Positions 30,844 through 41,440 of a stretch of DNA of 64,000 bases are shown here, one piece after another (within the stretch, counting starts at the first letter, position 1; each line of letters begins with the position of its first letter). A program made the translations under genes and the position numbers. Under the pieces are notes generated by a model. It did not search any database. It was not told the DNA's origin and saw nothing but the letters and a program-made list of their open reading frames with translations. The stretch is from positions 187,150 through 251,149 of IMG/VR virus record IMGVR_UViG_3300021963_000023; one strand, written 5' to 3'.

Positions 30844-31675
30844 CCTCGTAACAGTAGTTGGAAGAAACACTCACATATTACCTCATATGCTAAAACACTA
30901 TGAAGGTATGGTAGATAAGATATATGTTGGTGTTTATAGACAACACGAAAACGATGGTATCTTAGAAGAAGTTAGAAATCTTGGTATTGAACCATTTATA
31001 GTTGTTACTGAACCAAAGTATAATTGGAATAAGGTAACTGAAATGTATAATACCATTAAGCGTACCAAACCTAATGAATGGTGGATCGTTTCAGATGATG
31101 ATGAGTTACAAGTATACCCATATGATATCAGAGATATCATTAAAGAATGTGAAGAAAATAATTTTACATTTGTAACCGGTGGATTTTTAGATAGATTAGG
31201 GGAAGGTGGAACATTTCCTATTGTTGAAAGAGATAGTGATATACATAAGCTATTCCCATATGCTGGATTTTTCAGATACCCAATGTCAAATGCGTGCCCG
31301 AATAAAGTCACACTAATGCTTGGTTCTCAAGATGTTACATCTGGCCAACATTATGCTGATTTTGGTAATAATAAGAATAGTTGGGGTAGATGGCATAGAA
31401 AAAGAATGCCAATTGATATTGTTTTCACACAAGTACATCACTTTAAATGGGATTCTACATGCAATACCAGAATTAAGGAGGTTGCGGATACTAGAATTGA
31501 TTATACTTGGTTCTGGGAGTATGAAAAATTATATGAAGAGTTAGAAAAGAACAAGTGGATTGTAGATATTAATAAACCTGAGTTTTTATTTGAAAAACTA
31601 GATAATTTTTCGTATATTAACTTTAATGACTATTCAAAATGGGATGTCTTAAGAGATAAAATTGTAACAATTTAG
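30836..31675 (+). CDS. GT2-like glycosyltransferase
   Basis: LPHMLKHY, WWIVSDDDE, HHFKW. Confidence 0.65.
   Translation: MLNLVTVVGRNTHILPHMLKHYEGMVDKIYVGVYRQHENDGILEEVRNLGIEPFIVVTEPKYNWNKVTEMYNTIKRTKPNEWWIVSDDDELQVYPYDIRDIIKECEENNFTFVTGGFLDRLGEGGTFPIVERDSDIHKLFPYAGFFRYPMSNACPNKVTLMLGSQDVTSGQHYADFGNNKNSWGRWHRKRMPIDIVFTQVHHFKWDSTCNTRIKEVADTRIDYTWFWEYEKLYEELEKNKWIVDINKPEFLFEKLDNFSYINFNDYSKWDVLRDKIVTI
31590..31618 (+). promoter_or_regulatory. Internal sigma70-like promoter TTGAAA-N17-TATATT ahead of radical SAM array
   Basis: Same -10 and 17-nt spacer as the other promoters; ends 60 nt before ATG 31679. Confidence 0.45.
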
Positions 31676-31678
31676 ATA

Positions 31679-33037
31679 ATGAGCAAAAAAACACCAGTTA
31701 GTGATACTTTCTGTATTTTACCATGGACGCATTTAATGATACAACCAAATGGTAATATACAACCTTGTTGCATGACCCCACATGATATGCCAATCGGTAA
31801 CACCAAAGAAGATACCTTAGAGGAAGTGTGGAACGGATTTGTTATGAAGAACATTCGTAAAAAAATGTTAAAGGGAGAAAAACCTATGCTTTGTAATAGA
31901 TGTTACATGATGGAAGATAACGGTGCGGTTAGTCCTAGAGTTAACATGACTGAAAAGTTTGGTGCTGATGTTGATAAAATGATTGCAAACACAAATAGAG
32001 AAACTGGCCACAATAATGATTTTTCTTTAAAGTATTGGGACTTTAGATTCTCTAACATTTGTAATTTTAAATGCAGAATGTGTGGAACGTTTGCTAGTAG
32101 TAAATGGGCGGATGATGAAATGGCTATTCATGGTCAATCCAATAATGGGTTAATGAATTTTAGAAGTGAATCCAGAGAAGATATCATGAACTATGTGGAT
32201 AAATTTATTGGTGATGTCCAAGAGATTTATTTTGCTGGCGGTGAACCACTGATCATGGATGAACATTATATTATTTTAGAAAAGTTAATTGCTGCAGGTA
32301 GAACAGATGTAATTTTAAGATATAATACAAACTTTAGTCACATACAATTTAAAAAATGGGATTTAAATAAACTATGGGAACCATTTATTAATTGTGCTAA
32401 AAATCCAAAGGGTAGAGTGCAATTATTTGCGTCGTTAGATGCAGTTGGGCCTGTTGCAGAATTAGCTAGACATGGCACTGTTTGGGAAAACGTCTATAAA
32501 AATATTGAAACCGCGCTCAAGTTGGGTGTTGAGGTTTTTGTTTCCCCAACAATTAGTATACTAAACGTCTTTCATGTTACTGATTTATTTGATGCGATTG
32601 TTAAATTAGGAATCAAACCTTCATATATTATCTTCAATAATTTTTTAACAGATCCACAATGTTATGATATAAGAATCTTACCTGAAGATCTAAAAGAAGA
32701 ATTAATGAATAAGCTAGAATCATATCACAAGAACTTACCAGAAGGTGCATACAAAAACGCTATTGGTTCAGCAATCGGTGCCTGGGTTCATTTTCTTTAT
32801 TCTGAAATTAATATAGATTTATTACAATTACAAATCAGTAGAAGAGAACTACTAAGAGTTACAACAATATTAGATGTTAGAAGAAATGAAAACTTCTTAG
32901 ATGTTAATCCACAATATAAAGATTGGTTTAAAGAGGTTAGAGCAACGGTTAAAAACTATGAGACTGAAGAATTTTTCTTTAGAGATAGAAGTTTACCTGA
33001 CCCACCTAATGAAATACCTAAAACAATCGAAAACTAA
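31679..33037 (+). CDS. Radical SAM protein with N-terminal SPASM/Twitch domain
   Basis: FCILPW..G...PCC..CNRC; CNFKCRMC; FAGGEP. Confidence 0.9.
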   Translation: MSKKTPVSDTFCILPWTHLMIQPNGNIQPCCMTPHDMPIGNTKEDTLEEVWNGFVMKNIRKKMLKGEKPMLCNRCYMMEDNGAVSPRVNMTEKFGADVDKMIANTNRETGHNNDFSLKYWDFRFSNICNFKCRMCGTFASSKWADDEMAIHGQSNNGLMNFRSESREDIMNYVDKFIGDVQEIYFAGGEPLIMDEHYIILEKLIAAGRTDVILRYNTNFSHIQFKKWDLNKLWEPFINCAKNPKGRVQLFASLDAVGPVAELARHGTVWENVYKNIETALKLGVEVFVSPTISILNVFHVTDLFDAIVKLGIKPSYIIFNNFLTDPQCYDIRILPEDLKEELMNKLESYHKNLPEGAYKNAIGSAIGAWVHFLYSEINIDLLQLQISRRELLRVTTILDVRRNENFLDVNPQYKDWFKEVRATVKNYETEEFFFRDRSLPDPPNEIPKTIEN

Positions 33038-33042
33038 AATTT

Positions 33043-34062
33043 ATGTTAGATAAAAAAGATTTTGTTTGTTTACAACCATTTGAGTTCACCGAATTCTTTG
33101 ATTACAAAACATATATGTGCTGTCCTAATTGGTTACCAGTTGATTTGGGTGATCCAATTGATATTAAAAACACCTGGGTTTCTGATCTAGCAAATAAGGT
33201 TAGAGAAAGTATGATAGATGGTAGTTACAAATATTGTATTGAAGCTAGATGTCCTAAATTAACGGGGTTAAAAGAAGGTAAAAGCGAAGGCTTTATGCCA
33301 AAGGAAGAGTTCTTAAGAAAAATCGATCAGTTTAAAGATCCGGTACCCAAAAGTGTTAAATTTAATTTTGATCAAAGCTGTAATCTACAGTGCCCTAGTT
33401 GTCGTTTAGAAAAAATAAATTATGTTGGGGAAGAAAGAACAAGAACGGAATTGATATTACAAAGTATTGAAGAACAATTGTCTGAGGGTCTTGAGCATAT
33501 AGAATGTACCGGATCTGGTGATCCATTTTTTTCTAGAACATTTAAGAAGTGGTTAATGACATTTAAGCCCAGTATGTACCCTAATTTAAAAAGTATACAC
33601 TTACATACCAACGGTACTCTTTGGAACGAATCTAACTGGTCTAAAATGACAAATGTGCATAGATTTATTAAGTCTGCTGAGATATCTGTTGATGCAGCAA
33701 CAAAAGACACGTATGAAAATTATACAAGGTTAGGTGGCAAATGGGAAGACATCCAAAACAATCTTAGGTTTATTGCAACATTACCCAATCTAGAATATGT
33801 TACCATGTCTTTTGTTGTTCAAAATTCAAATTATAAAGAAATGGAAATGTTCTATAAGATGTCAGAAGAAATATTTGATGACACACATATCAATTGGCAG
33901 ATATTTTTTAATAGAGTTGTTAACTGGGGAACATTTAAAAGTGAAGAATTTAAAATTGTTGATGTTGGTAATCCAGAACATCCAAACTACAAAGAGATGA
34001 TTGAAATATACCATAGACTACCTGTTTCTAATAATATTAGACATAATTTAACAATAGAGTAA
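33043..34062 (+). CDS. Radical SAM protein with N-terminal SPASM/Twitch domain
   Basis: CLQPF..CC..C; CNLQCPSC; GSGDPF. Confidence 0.85.
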   Translation: MLDKKDFVCLQPFEFTEFFDYKTYMCCPNWLPVDLGDPIDIKNTWVSDLANKVRESMIDGSYKYCIEARCPKLTGLKEGKSEGFMPKEEFLRKIDQFKDPVPKSVKFNFDQSCNLQCPSCRLEKINYVGEERTRTELILQSIEEQLSEGLEHIECTGSGDPFFSRTFKKWLMTFKPSMYPNLKSIHLHTNGTLWNESNWSKMTNVHRFIKSAEISVDAATKDTYENYTRLGGKWEDIQNNLRFIATLPNLEYVTMSFVVQNSNYKEMEMFYKMSEEIFDDTHINWQIFFNRVVNWGTFKSEEFKIVDVGNPEHPNYKEMIEIYHRLPVSNNIRHNLTIE

Positions 34063-35336
34063 TGATTGAATGTAAAAATTTAACAAATGGTTTTAGAATC
34101 GCCACCTCTGGAGGTTATTTTGCGTGTTGTCACACGTTTAATAACCCATTTAAAGATGAAAATGGTGATGAGATGGTAGCTAGCACACATTCAATTGAAG
34201 AAGGGTTAAAAAGCCCAACTAGAATGAAAATGTTAGATGATTTTAAAAATGATATTAGGCATCCGGCTTGTGTTGTTTGTTGGTCAGCAGAAGATGCTGG
34301 ATTTGTTAGTAAAAGACAAAGAGATAATGAGACATATAAAAAAATACTTGAATTTTACCCAGAAAGAAAAGATTCTGATTTATTTTTTTTAGAATTAAAT
34401 CTTGGTAACACATGTAATCTTGCATGTAGAATATGTCATATATCTGCATCATCAAAATGGAAAGAATTTCATCATGTAACAGAAACCGATGTAACTGAAG
34501 AAAGATTAGACTTTTATGTAGATAAATATTCAAAAGCATTTAGAGACAATAGTATTGTTTGGGCTGAATTAATGAGTATACTTCCTGAAGTTAGAAGTTT
34601 AGACATATATGGGGGTGAACCAATGTTGATGAAAAAGCAATGGGAGATTTTAGAAATGTCCGTTAAGTTGGGGTATTCTAAAAAACAACAAATGAGTTTT
34701 AACACAAACGGTACAATTATAAATGAGAAGTATATTGATATTTTAAGTTCATTTGCACAGTGTAGAATTGGGTTTAGTATTGATGGCGTTGGTAAAAGAT
34801 TCAACTATTTAAGACATTTTGGGAAATGGGATGTGGTTAGTGAAAATATTAATATTTGGCAAAATAAAGTTAAATTAATTCCAGACAATAAAATAATCTT
34901 TGAGGTATGTTGTACTATATCAATGCTAAATGTTCTTCATGTTTTTGAGATGGTTGATTTTGTTATTGAGAACCATTTAAAATTAATGATAGCTTTTGTT
35001 TACAACCCCAGACACTTACACATTGGATATATGCCAGAGAAGTGTAAAAAACTTATTTTAGAAAAACTTGAAGCCGAGTATGATCTTAGGATTACACAAA
35101 TTAATGATGATACAACAATAGATGATTCTGAAAAACAATATAGATGGGATGTAATGAGGCAAGCACATAAAGTTATAAACACATTAAAATTACCTGTTGA
35201 GGGTACACAAGGTGATTGGCAAGAATTTAAGAGACAAACATTAGCATTAGACATTTTAAGGAATGAATCTTTTGCTGATACATTTGCGGATTTAGAAGAA
35301 ATATATAATATTACAAAAACAACAAAATTAATATAA
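34062..35336 (+). CDS. Radical SAM protein with N-terminal SPASM/Twitch domain
   Basis: ACC..CVVCW; CNLACRIC; YGGEP; ends TKLI. Confidence 0.9.
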   Translation: MIECKNLTNGFRIATSGGYFACCHTFNNPFKDENGDEMVASTHSIEEGLKSPTRMKMLDDFKNDIRHPACVVCWSAEDAGFVSKRQRDNETYKKILEFYPERKDSDLFFLELNLGNTCNLACRICHISASSKWKEFHHVTETDVTEERLDFYVDKYSKAFRDNSIVWAELMSILPEVRSLDIYGGEPMLMKKQWEILEMSVKLGYSKKQQMSFNTNGTIINEKYIDILSSFAQCRIGFSIDGVGKRFNYLRHFGKWDVVSENINIWQNKVKLIPDNKIIFEVCCTISMLNVLHVFEMVDFVIENHLKLMIAFVYNPRHLHIGYMPEKCKKLILEKLEAEYDLRITQINDDTTIDDSEKQYRWDVMRQAHKVINTLKLPVEGTQGDWQEFKRQTLALDILRNESFADTFADLEEIYNITKTTKLI

Positions 35337-35337
35337 G

Positions 35338-36810
35338 ATGTCAGAAAGACTATTAAAATTTAAAGAAGAAAAATTAGATTCAGTTAGCTGTAGCTTCTGT
35401 CCTGCTAAGTGGTATAATGCAACTATCGATTTAGGTAGTGGTTATAGTAGGTCATGTTTCCTACCATTACCACACCCAATTGATTTAGAAGAAATTAAAA
35501 CAAACCCATCAGCATTACATAACACTTCACATAAAAAGAAAATGAGAAGAATGATGTTATCAGGTATTAGACCTGCTGAATGTTCTTATTGTTGGAAGGT
35601 TGATGACATTGGTAGAAACAATATTTCAGATAGAGTTTATAGAAGCATGGAATACAAACATGAAGATATTGATATCTTAAAAGATTTACCTTGGGATGCT
35701 GATGTTAATTTGAGAACCGTAGAACTATCATTTGATAGAAGTTGTAATTTTGCTTGTTCATATTGTAACCCAAGCTATTCAACAACCTGGGGTAAAGATA
35801 TTGATGAACATGGACCATATCAAAAATTTAAAACATTAACTGCTGGTGCATATCAACAAAACGGTTCATGGGCAGATCCTGAAAATAAATTTATTGGTGA
35901 TAACCCATATGTTACAGCATTTTTAGAATGGTGGCCAGACTTATCAAAAGATTTACAAACATTAAGAATCACTGGTGGTGAACCATCAACTAGTCATAAC
36001 TTTTGGAAATTCTTAGATAAAATTAAAGATCAATCATATCCTAATTTAAATCTATCTATAAATTCTAATTTAGGTGTTAAAGATGAATTGATTGATAAAT
36101 TAATTAGAACAACCCACGAATTAGATATTCAATCATATGACATCTACACAAGTTGTGAATCATATGGTGATCACGCAGAATATCTTAGAGATGGTTTAAT
36201 TTATTCTAAATGGAGAGGTAATGTTGTTAGAATGATTGAAGAGGCTAACATTAGACAAATTGTAATCATGATGACTGTGACTGGTTTATCATTAATGTCA
36301 ATGACTGAGTTCATGGATGATATGTTGGAGTTAAAGAAAAAGTATGGTCCTAATAAACCAACAATGGATCTTAACTTCTTAAGATGGCCAGGATTTATGT
36401 CACCATTGAATTTACCAGATAATATTAAGATTGAAGCTAAAAATAAAATTCAAGTTTGGTTAGATAAGAATAGAGATTCTGGTTTATTATTAGAACATGA
36501 GATAACACAAACACAAAGAGTAATTGATTACATTGATGTTGTTGATCAAGGACACGCTAGAGCTGAGTTCGATAAAGATAAACACTTCCATGACTTCAAA
36601 AGTTTTTATGTACAATATGATATTAGAAGAAACAAAGACTTTAGAAAAACATTCCCAATGTTAGTTGATTGGTACGATTCTATTCAAATAGACAACTATA
36701 TACCAGATGTTAAATTGTCTGGTGGTGGTATGGAAGGTTGGGAGCTTGGTGAATATAAACCAGACATCATGGCTAGAAATGAAGCCAGACAAAAAAATGA
36801 TTTAAACTAA
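35338..36810 (+). CDS. Radical SAM protein with N-terminal SPASM/Twitch domain
   Basis: FCPAKW..C..CSYCW; CNFACSYC; TGGEP. Confidence 0.9.
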   Translation: MSERLLKFKEEKLDSVSCSFCPAKWYNATIDLGSGYSRSCFLPLPHPIDLEEIKTNPSALHNTSHKKKMRRMMLSGIRPAECSYCWKVDDIGRNNISDRVYRSMEYKHEDIDILKDLPWDADVNLRTVELSFDRSCNFACSYCNPSYSTTWGKDIDEHGPYQKFKTLTAGAYQQNGSWADPENKFIGDNPYVTAFLEWWPDLSKDLQTLRITGGEPSTSHNFWKFLDKIKDQSYPNLNLSINSNLGVKDELIDKLIRTTHELDIQSYDIYTSCESYGDHAEYLRDGLIYSKWRGNVVRMIEEANIRQIVIMMTVTGLSLMSMTEFMDDMLELKKKYGPNKPTMDLNFLRWPGFMSPLNLPDNIKIEAKNKIQVWLDKNRDSGLLLEHEITQTQRVIDYIDVVDQGHARAEFDKDKHFHDFKSFYVQYDIRRNKDFRKTFPMLVDWYDSIQIDNYIPDVKLSGGGMEGWELGEYKPDIMARNEARQKNDLN

Positions 36811-38109
36811 ATGGAAAAAAATTATAATAAAGAAACCTTTTGTGTTGCTCCATGGATTGCATCGCATTTAAGTACATTTGGAAATGTTGTTCCTTGTTGT
36901 TTATATAAACAAGAACGAGTTTTCGGAGAACTTAAACAAGGTGTTCCATTAAATGAAATGTATAATTCTGATGTTGCAAAGGATATTAGAAAAAGATTGT
37001 GGAATGGTGAGAAGATAAATGAGTGTCAAATTTGCTGGTATAGAGAAGAGGTTTCAAAAGGGAAGAGCCAAGTTGATAGTTACAGATTTAATTTAAACAA
37101 ACAGTTTGAAGATGAAATAGAAAACATTGTGGATAACACAAATGAAGATTTTTCATTAAAAATTATACAATTTAAACACTTAGATCTACGTTTTGATAAT
37201 AAATGTAATTTAAAATGTAGGATTTGTAATCCCGGTTTTTCATCATCATTATATAAAGAGTATAAAGCGTTAGGCTTCAATAATTTTAAAGATTATGGTC
37301 AACCATATAGTATGTCGGTTGATGATGATGAGTTTAATTTTATTTTAAGCCAATTAAAGCATGTTAAGTCATTATTTTTTGCTGGTGGCGAACCATTAAC
37401 ACAAGATAAACATTATCAAATATTACAATACTGCATAGACAATGACTATGCTAAAAATATAACAGTGTGGGTTACAACCAATTTCACAAAATTATATTAT
37501 AAAGATTACAATATAATTGAGATGTGGAAGAAGTTCAAAGCTGTTGAGATAACAGCGAGTATAGATGGGTTTGAAGAGAGAGGTCAATACCTTAGAAGCG
37601 GATCCAAATGGTCTGAAATAGTTGAGAATAGAAAAACACTTTTGAGAGAACTACCAGATACTTTTTTTGGAATTGTACCAACAATTAACATAATGAATAG
37701 CTATACCATAATTGATTTATATAAAAATTGGATAGAAAATGGCTACTTACTTCCCGGTAAAATCCATATTAATTTATTGACACATCCAGAACACCTTCAG
37801 ATAAAAATGCTACCTGAAAGACATAAAGAGGTTCTTAGAATATTGTATAATAACCTTATAATTTGGATAAAAAATAACATAGCGGATAACAGTGAAGCAC
37901 AACGAGACATAGGACAATTTGAATTTGTAATAGACTTGTTAAATCAAGAAAGAGATGAAGAAATGTTCCAAAAGTTTTTAAAAATGACAGACATGGTTGA
38001 CACATTCAGAGGTGATGATTTCTTTTCTGTGTTTACTGAGTTTAGAGATTTTATTGATCCAAATGTTATCATTGAATTACCCAAAGATGATAATGTAAAA
38101 TTATTATAA
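36811..38109 (+). CDS. Radical SAM protein with N-terminal SPASM/Twitch domain
   Basis: FCVAPW..PCC..CQICW; CNLKCRIC; AGGEP; ends VKLL. Confidence 0.9.
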   Translation: MEKNYNKETFCVAPWIASHLSTFGNVVPCCLYKQERVFGELKQGVPLNEMYNSDVAKDIRKRLWNGEKINECQICWYREEVSKGKSQVDSYRFNLNKQFEDEIENIVDNTNEDFSLKIIQFKHLDLRFDNKCNLKCRICNPGFSSSLYKEYKALGFNNFKDYGQPYSMSVDDDEFNFILSQLKHVKSLFFAGGEPLTQDKHYQILQYCIDNDYAKNITVWVTTNFTKLYYKDYNIIEMWKKFKAVEITASIDGFEERGQYLRSGSKWSEIVENRKTLLRELPDTFFGIVPTINIMNSYTIIDLYKNWIENGYLLPGKIHINLLTHPEHLQIKMLPERHKEVLRILYNNLIIWIKNNIADNSEAQRDIGQFEFVIDLLNQERDEEMFQKFLKMTDMVDTFRGDDFFSVFTEFRDFIDPNVIIELPKDDNVKLL

Positions 38110-39332
38110 TGAATTCCATCTCAGAAAAATTTTGCTATTTACCCTTTGGTTCAATTTATGTTGGGGCATCTGGTACACTATCACCTTGTTGTATTGCTTC
38201 TCCATTTAAAGAGAATATTCATTTCAAGGATTTCAATTCTGTTGATGAAGCAATTAATAGCGAACCATATAAACGTATTAGAAAAGAGATGTTATTTAAT
38301 ATTGCGCCATCTGAATGTGCGGAATGTTTTGTATATAAAAATAGACACAAAGAACATAGTAATATTGAGTTTAGAGAAGAAATAGCGGACCCATCATTAT
38401 ATAATGAAGACTATAGTGTAAACAAAATTGTTTACACAGATTTGAGACTTTCTAATCATTGTAATTTTAAATGTAGAATGTGTTTTCATGGATCATCATC
38501 AACCTGGTTTGAGTATTGGGGATATGTTCAAAATCAACCAGAATATGATACCATCAATACCAAGTACTTAACAGCGGGTGACGACGCTCTTGATAAGTTT
38601 TCAGAAGAAAATATTGATTCTATTCGTAAAGTTTATTTAGCTGGTGGTGAACCATTTATAACGCCAACAACATTTACCTTGTTAGATAGATTCAGTGACG
38701 AACAGGCTAAAAATGTTTATATATTAATTAATACAAACTTATCCACACTAACATACAAAGGTATTGACATACTTGATAAACTTAAACGTTTTAAAACTGT
38801 AGACATCTCTTGTTCATGTGATGGGTATGGTAAAATTGGTGAATATCAAAGACCAGGATTTAATTCTGAAAAATTCTTTAAAAATCTGGAAACGCTAATT
38901 AAGTTTAAAGAAACCAACGACAATTTCAAAGTTTCTATTGATTATACTATTTCAACAATAAACATGTACCATTCTTTTGATTTCATAAAGTTTGTTGAAG
39001 AAAATTACCTCCATTCAGATCACATTAGGTTTCATACTGTGACTCAACCTTTTTATTTTGCACCTGGAATTTGTAAGGGTGGCATGAAACAAGCGTTAAT
39101 AGAACTTTATGAAAACAACATAAACAATTTAACATCACTTTGTAGATATACGTTGATTGAATTTGTTAAATATTTAAGAAACACTGAGGATGAGGAAGTT
39201 TATAGCCACCTATTAGATAAGAAGAAATATGTTACTATTTCACTACCGGAAACCTTAAGGAGATTTGACGAAATTAATAAAACCGATTATAAGGAAATAT
39301 GCCCATGGTTAGGTGATATTTTTATTGATTAA
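38109..39332 (+). CDS. Radical SAM protein with N-terminal SPASM/Twitch domain
   Basis: FCYLPF..PCC..CAEC; CNFKCRMC; AGGEP. Confidence 0.9.
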   Translation: MNSISEKFCYLPFGSIYVGASGTLSPCCIASPFKENIHFKDFNSVDEAINSEPYKRIRKEMLFNIAPSECAECFVYKNRHKEHSNIEFREEIADPSLYNEDYSVNKIVYTDLRLSNHCNFKCRMCFHGSSSTWFEYWGYVQNQPEYDTINTKYLTAGDDALDKFSEENIDSIRKVYLAGGEPFITPTTFTLLDRFSDEQAKNVYILINTNLSTLTYKGIDILDKLKRFKTVDISCSCDGYGKIGEYQRPGFNSEKFFKNLETLIKFKETNDNFKVSIDYTISTINMYHSFDFIKFVEENYLHSDHIRFHTVTQPFYFAPGICKGGMKQALIELYENNINNLTSLCRYTLIEFVKYLRNTEDEEVYSHLLDKKKYVTISLPETLRRFDEINKTDYKEICPWLGDIFID

Positions 39333-39335
39333 AAA

Positions 39336-39364
39336 TTGACTTTTCAACTTGTTTTAGCTATATT
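39336..39364 (+). promoter_or_regulatory. sigma70-like promoter TTGACT-N17-TATATT
   Basis: -35 at 39336-41, -10 at 39359-64, ATG 6 nt downstream (likely leaderless). Confidence 0.75.
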
Positions 39365-39370
39365 ATCATT

Positions 39371-39805
39371 ATGATATACTGGTTAACTGGACAACCCGGA
39401 GCAGGTAAAACAACCCTAGCAAAATACTTGGTGGAATATTTCCCTCAAAACGAGGTTACTCACATTGATGGGGATGATCTAAGAGACATCTTTAATAATA
39501 AAGACTATTCCATTACAGGAAGAAGACTAAACATCCAAAGAGCACAATACATTGCGCAATTCATGCATAGTAAAGGACACAATGTCATTGTATCCTTAGT
39601 TTCACCGTATAGAGATCAGAGAGAGGCATTTAAGTTCAGCACATCGGTTGTTGAGATTTATGTTCACACCACAGAAGATCGAGGTAGAAATCAATTCCAC
39701 GTTGAGGAATATGAACCACCATTAGAAAATTTTATAGATATAGACACAACAATAAAGAACGAGACAGATTCATATTATGAACTGTTAAAAAAATTATCAT
39801 TATGA
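39371..39805 (+). CDS. cysC: Adenylyl-sulfate (APS) kinase
   Basis: WLTGQPGAGKTT P-loop, IDGD.LR, SLVSPY, YEPP. Confidence 0.85.
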   Translation: MIYWLTGQPGAGKTTLAKYLVEYFPQNEVTHIDGDDLRDIFNNKDYSITGRRLNIQRAQYIAQFMHSKGHNVIVSLVSPYRDQREAFKFSTSVVEIYVHTTEDRGRNQFHVEEYEPPLENFIDIDTTIKNETDSYYELLKKLSL

Positions 39806-40182
39806 GTAAAAAATACGCAATGTATGTTGGTAGATGGCAAAATTGGCATAAGGGCCACGAATGGCTTATTAACCAACAATTAGATAAAGGAAAAGATGTG
39901 TGGGTTGCAATTAGGAACGTGCCAACGGATGAAAATAACCCTAAGACCGCACAGCAAGTTATGATGGATCTAAGTGAAGAACCTTTCTTTAGAGAAAATT
40001 CACAAAGAATTAACATATCAATTATTCCTGATATTGAGAGCATTAATTATGGTAGAGGGGTTGGTTATGATGTAATATACCACGAACCTCCTGCGGATGT
40101 GGCGGTTATTAGTGGAACGGCAATTAGAACCGGACATATGACACCCGATGGTACAATAACATATGACCAAACTAAAGGATAA
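39802..40182 (+). CDS. HxGH-family (cytidylyltransferase-like) nucleotidyltransferase
   Basis: GRWQNWHKGH, YGRGVGY, ISGTAIR. Confidence 0.75.
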   Translation: MSKKYAMYVGRWQNWHKGHEWLINQQLDKGKDVWVAIRNVPTDENNPKTAQQVMMDLSEEPFFRENSQRINISIIPDIESINYGRGVGYDVIYHEPPADVAVISGTAIRTGHMTPDGTITYDQTKG

Positions 40183-40391
40183 TGATAGTAGAAAAGAAAA
40201 GACATATAGCTAAAACCATCTCATATCGAATTGTAAGTACCTTAATTGGATTCTTATTAATGTGGATGATTAGTGGGTCGATTAAAGTTGGTGCGGCTTT
40301 TGGTGTTGCAGAATTGATTTACAAGCCAATACAGTATTATCTACATGAAAGAATATGGTATAGATGGATTAAGTATGGTCTTAAAAAATAA
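40182..40391 (+). CDS. DUF2061-like small membrane protein
   Basis: KTISYR...YYLHERIW. Confidence 0.75.
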   Translation: MIVEKKRHIAKTISYRIVSTLIGFLLMWMISGSIKVGAAFGVAELIYKPIQYYLHERIWYRWIKYGLKK

Positions 40392-40400
40392 TAAAACGCT

Positions 40401-40880
40401 ATGATTAACACATATCAAAATTTATTATCTGAAGAAGATTTGTTTTTCTTGAACTCGATATGTTTAAATTTTGTGGAAACACAAGTACCATATAAAAATA
40501 ATAACTATGTTAGAAAAAGTTTAAACGTAAAAGAAGAATTATTAGAATACCAAGAAAGGTGTTCAAAATATTTACCAGATGGGTATAAATTAAGTGGGTT
40601 ATGGATTAATAAGGTAACCGAAGAAACAAATATTAATGATGATTTTCATAACGATGAGGCGGACTTAACTATCATTACCTACATTAATGAAGATTTTGAG
40701 GGTGGGGAATTTGAGTATTTTTTAAAAGATAAAGAAATAAAAATAACACCTCAAATAAATCATACAATTATGTTAAATAAAAAAACAAAACACCGAGTTT
40801 TAAATGTAATTAGTGGATGTAGATTTAGTTTAATTTCATTTTATACAACAATAAAAAAAGAAGAAAAAACACTAATATGA
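40401..40880 (+). CDS. 2OG-Fe(II) oxygenase
   Basis: HND, FEGGEF, HRV..V.SG.RFSL; ends KTLI. Confidence 0.8.
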   Translation: MINTYQNLLSEEDLFFLNSICLNFVETQVPYKNNNYVRKSLNVKEELLEYQERCSKYLPDGYKLSGLWINKVTEETNINDDFHNDEADLTIITYINEDFEGGEFEYFLKDKEIKITPQINHTIMLNKKTKHRVLNVISGCRFSLISFYTTIKKEEKTLI

Positions 40881-41440
40881 TTGATAATATAGAAATATTT
40901 GAAAACTTTCTATCACCTGAAGAATGTAATATTATTTTAAATAAATGTAAGAGTGAATTAACATTAGAAACTGCTAAAGTGTATAATAATAAAAATAATA
41001 AAAATAGTGAAAATACACGTAGAAAATCGTCTATTGCTTGGATATCTGATTTAGGATTTTTAAATGAAAGATTAACAAGTAAATTAAGAGAGTCATTCAA
41101 TATAAACGGAATGGAAGTTACTGGTTTAGGTGATTATCAATTCACTGAGTATAAAGAACAAGAATACTTTGATTGGCATGTAGATAGTACTGATTTGTTA
41201 TATAGAGATAGATTCGCATCTATAGTAATTCAGCTAAATGATAACTACACCGGTGGCATATTGGAAATTAAAAACAGTAAAGGTGAAGTTGTACCAATAG
41301 AGAATAGAATTGGAACATTATATGTTTTTAATTCAAGATTACTTCATAGAGTAGTACCTGTGGTTGAGGGTGTACGTTATTCGTTAGTTAATTGGATATC
41401 ATTGGTTAAAACCGATTTTAAAAAACAAAATTTAATATGA
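40877..41440 (+). CDS. 2OG-Fe(II) oxygenase (prolyl-4-hydroxylase-like)
   Basis: WHVD, YTGG, HRVVPV.EG.RYSLV.W; ends KQNLI. Confidence 0.85.
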   Translation: MIDNIEIFENFLSPEECNIILNKCKSELTLETAKVYNNKNNKNSENTRRKSSIAWISDLGFLNERLTSKLRESFNINGMEVTGLGDYQFTEYKEQEYFDWHVDSTDLLYRDRFASIVIQLNDNYTGGILEIKNSKGEVVPIENRIGTLYVFNSRLLHRVVPVVEGVRYSLVNWISLVKTDFKKQNLI

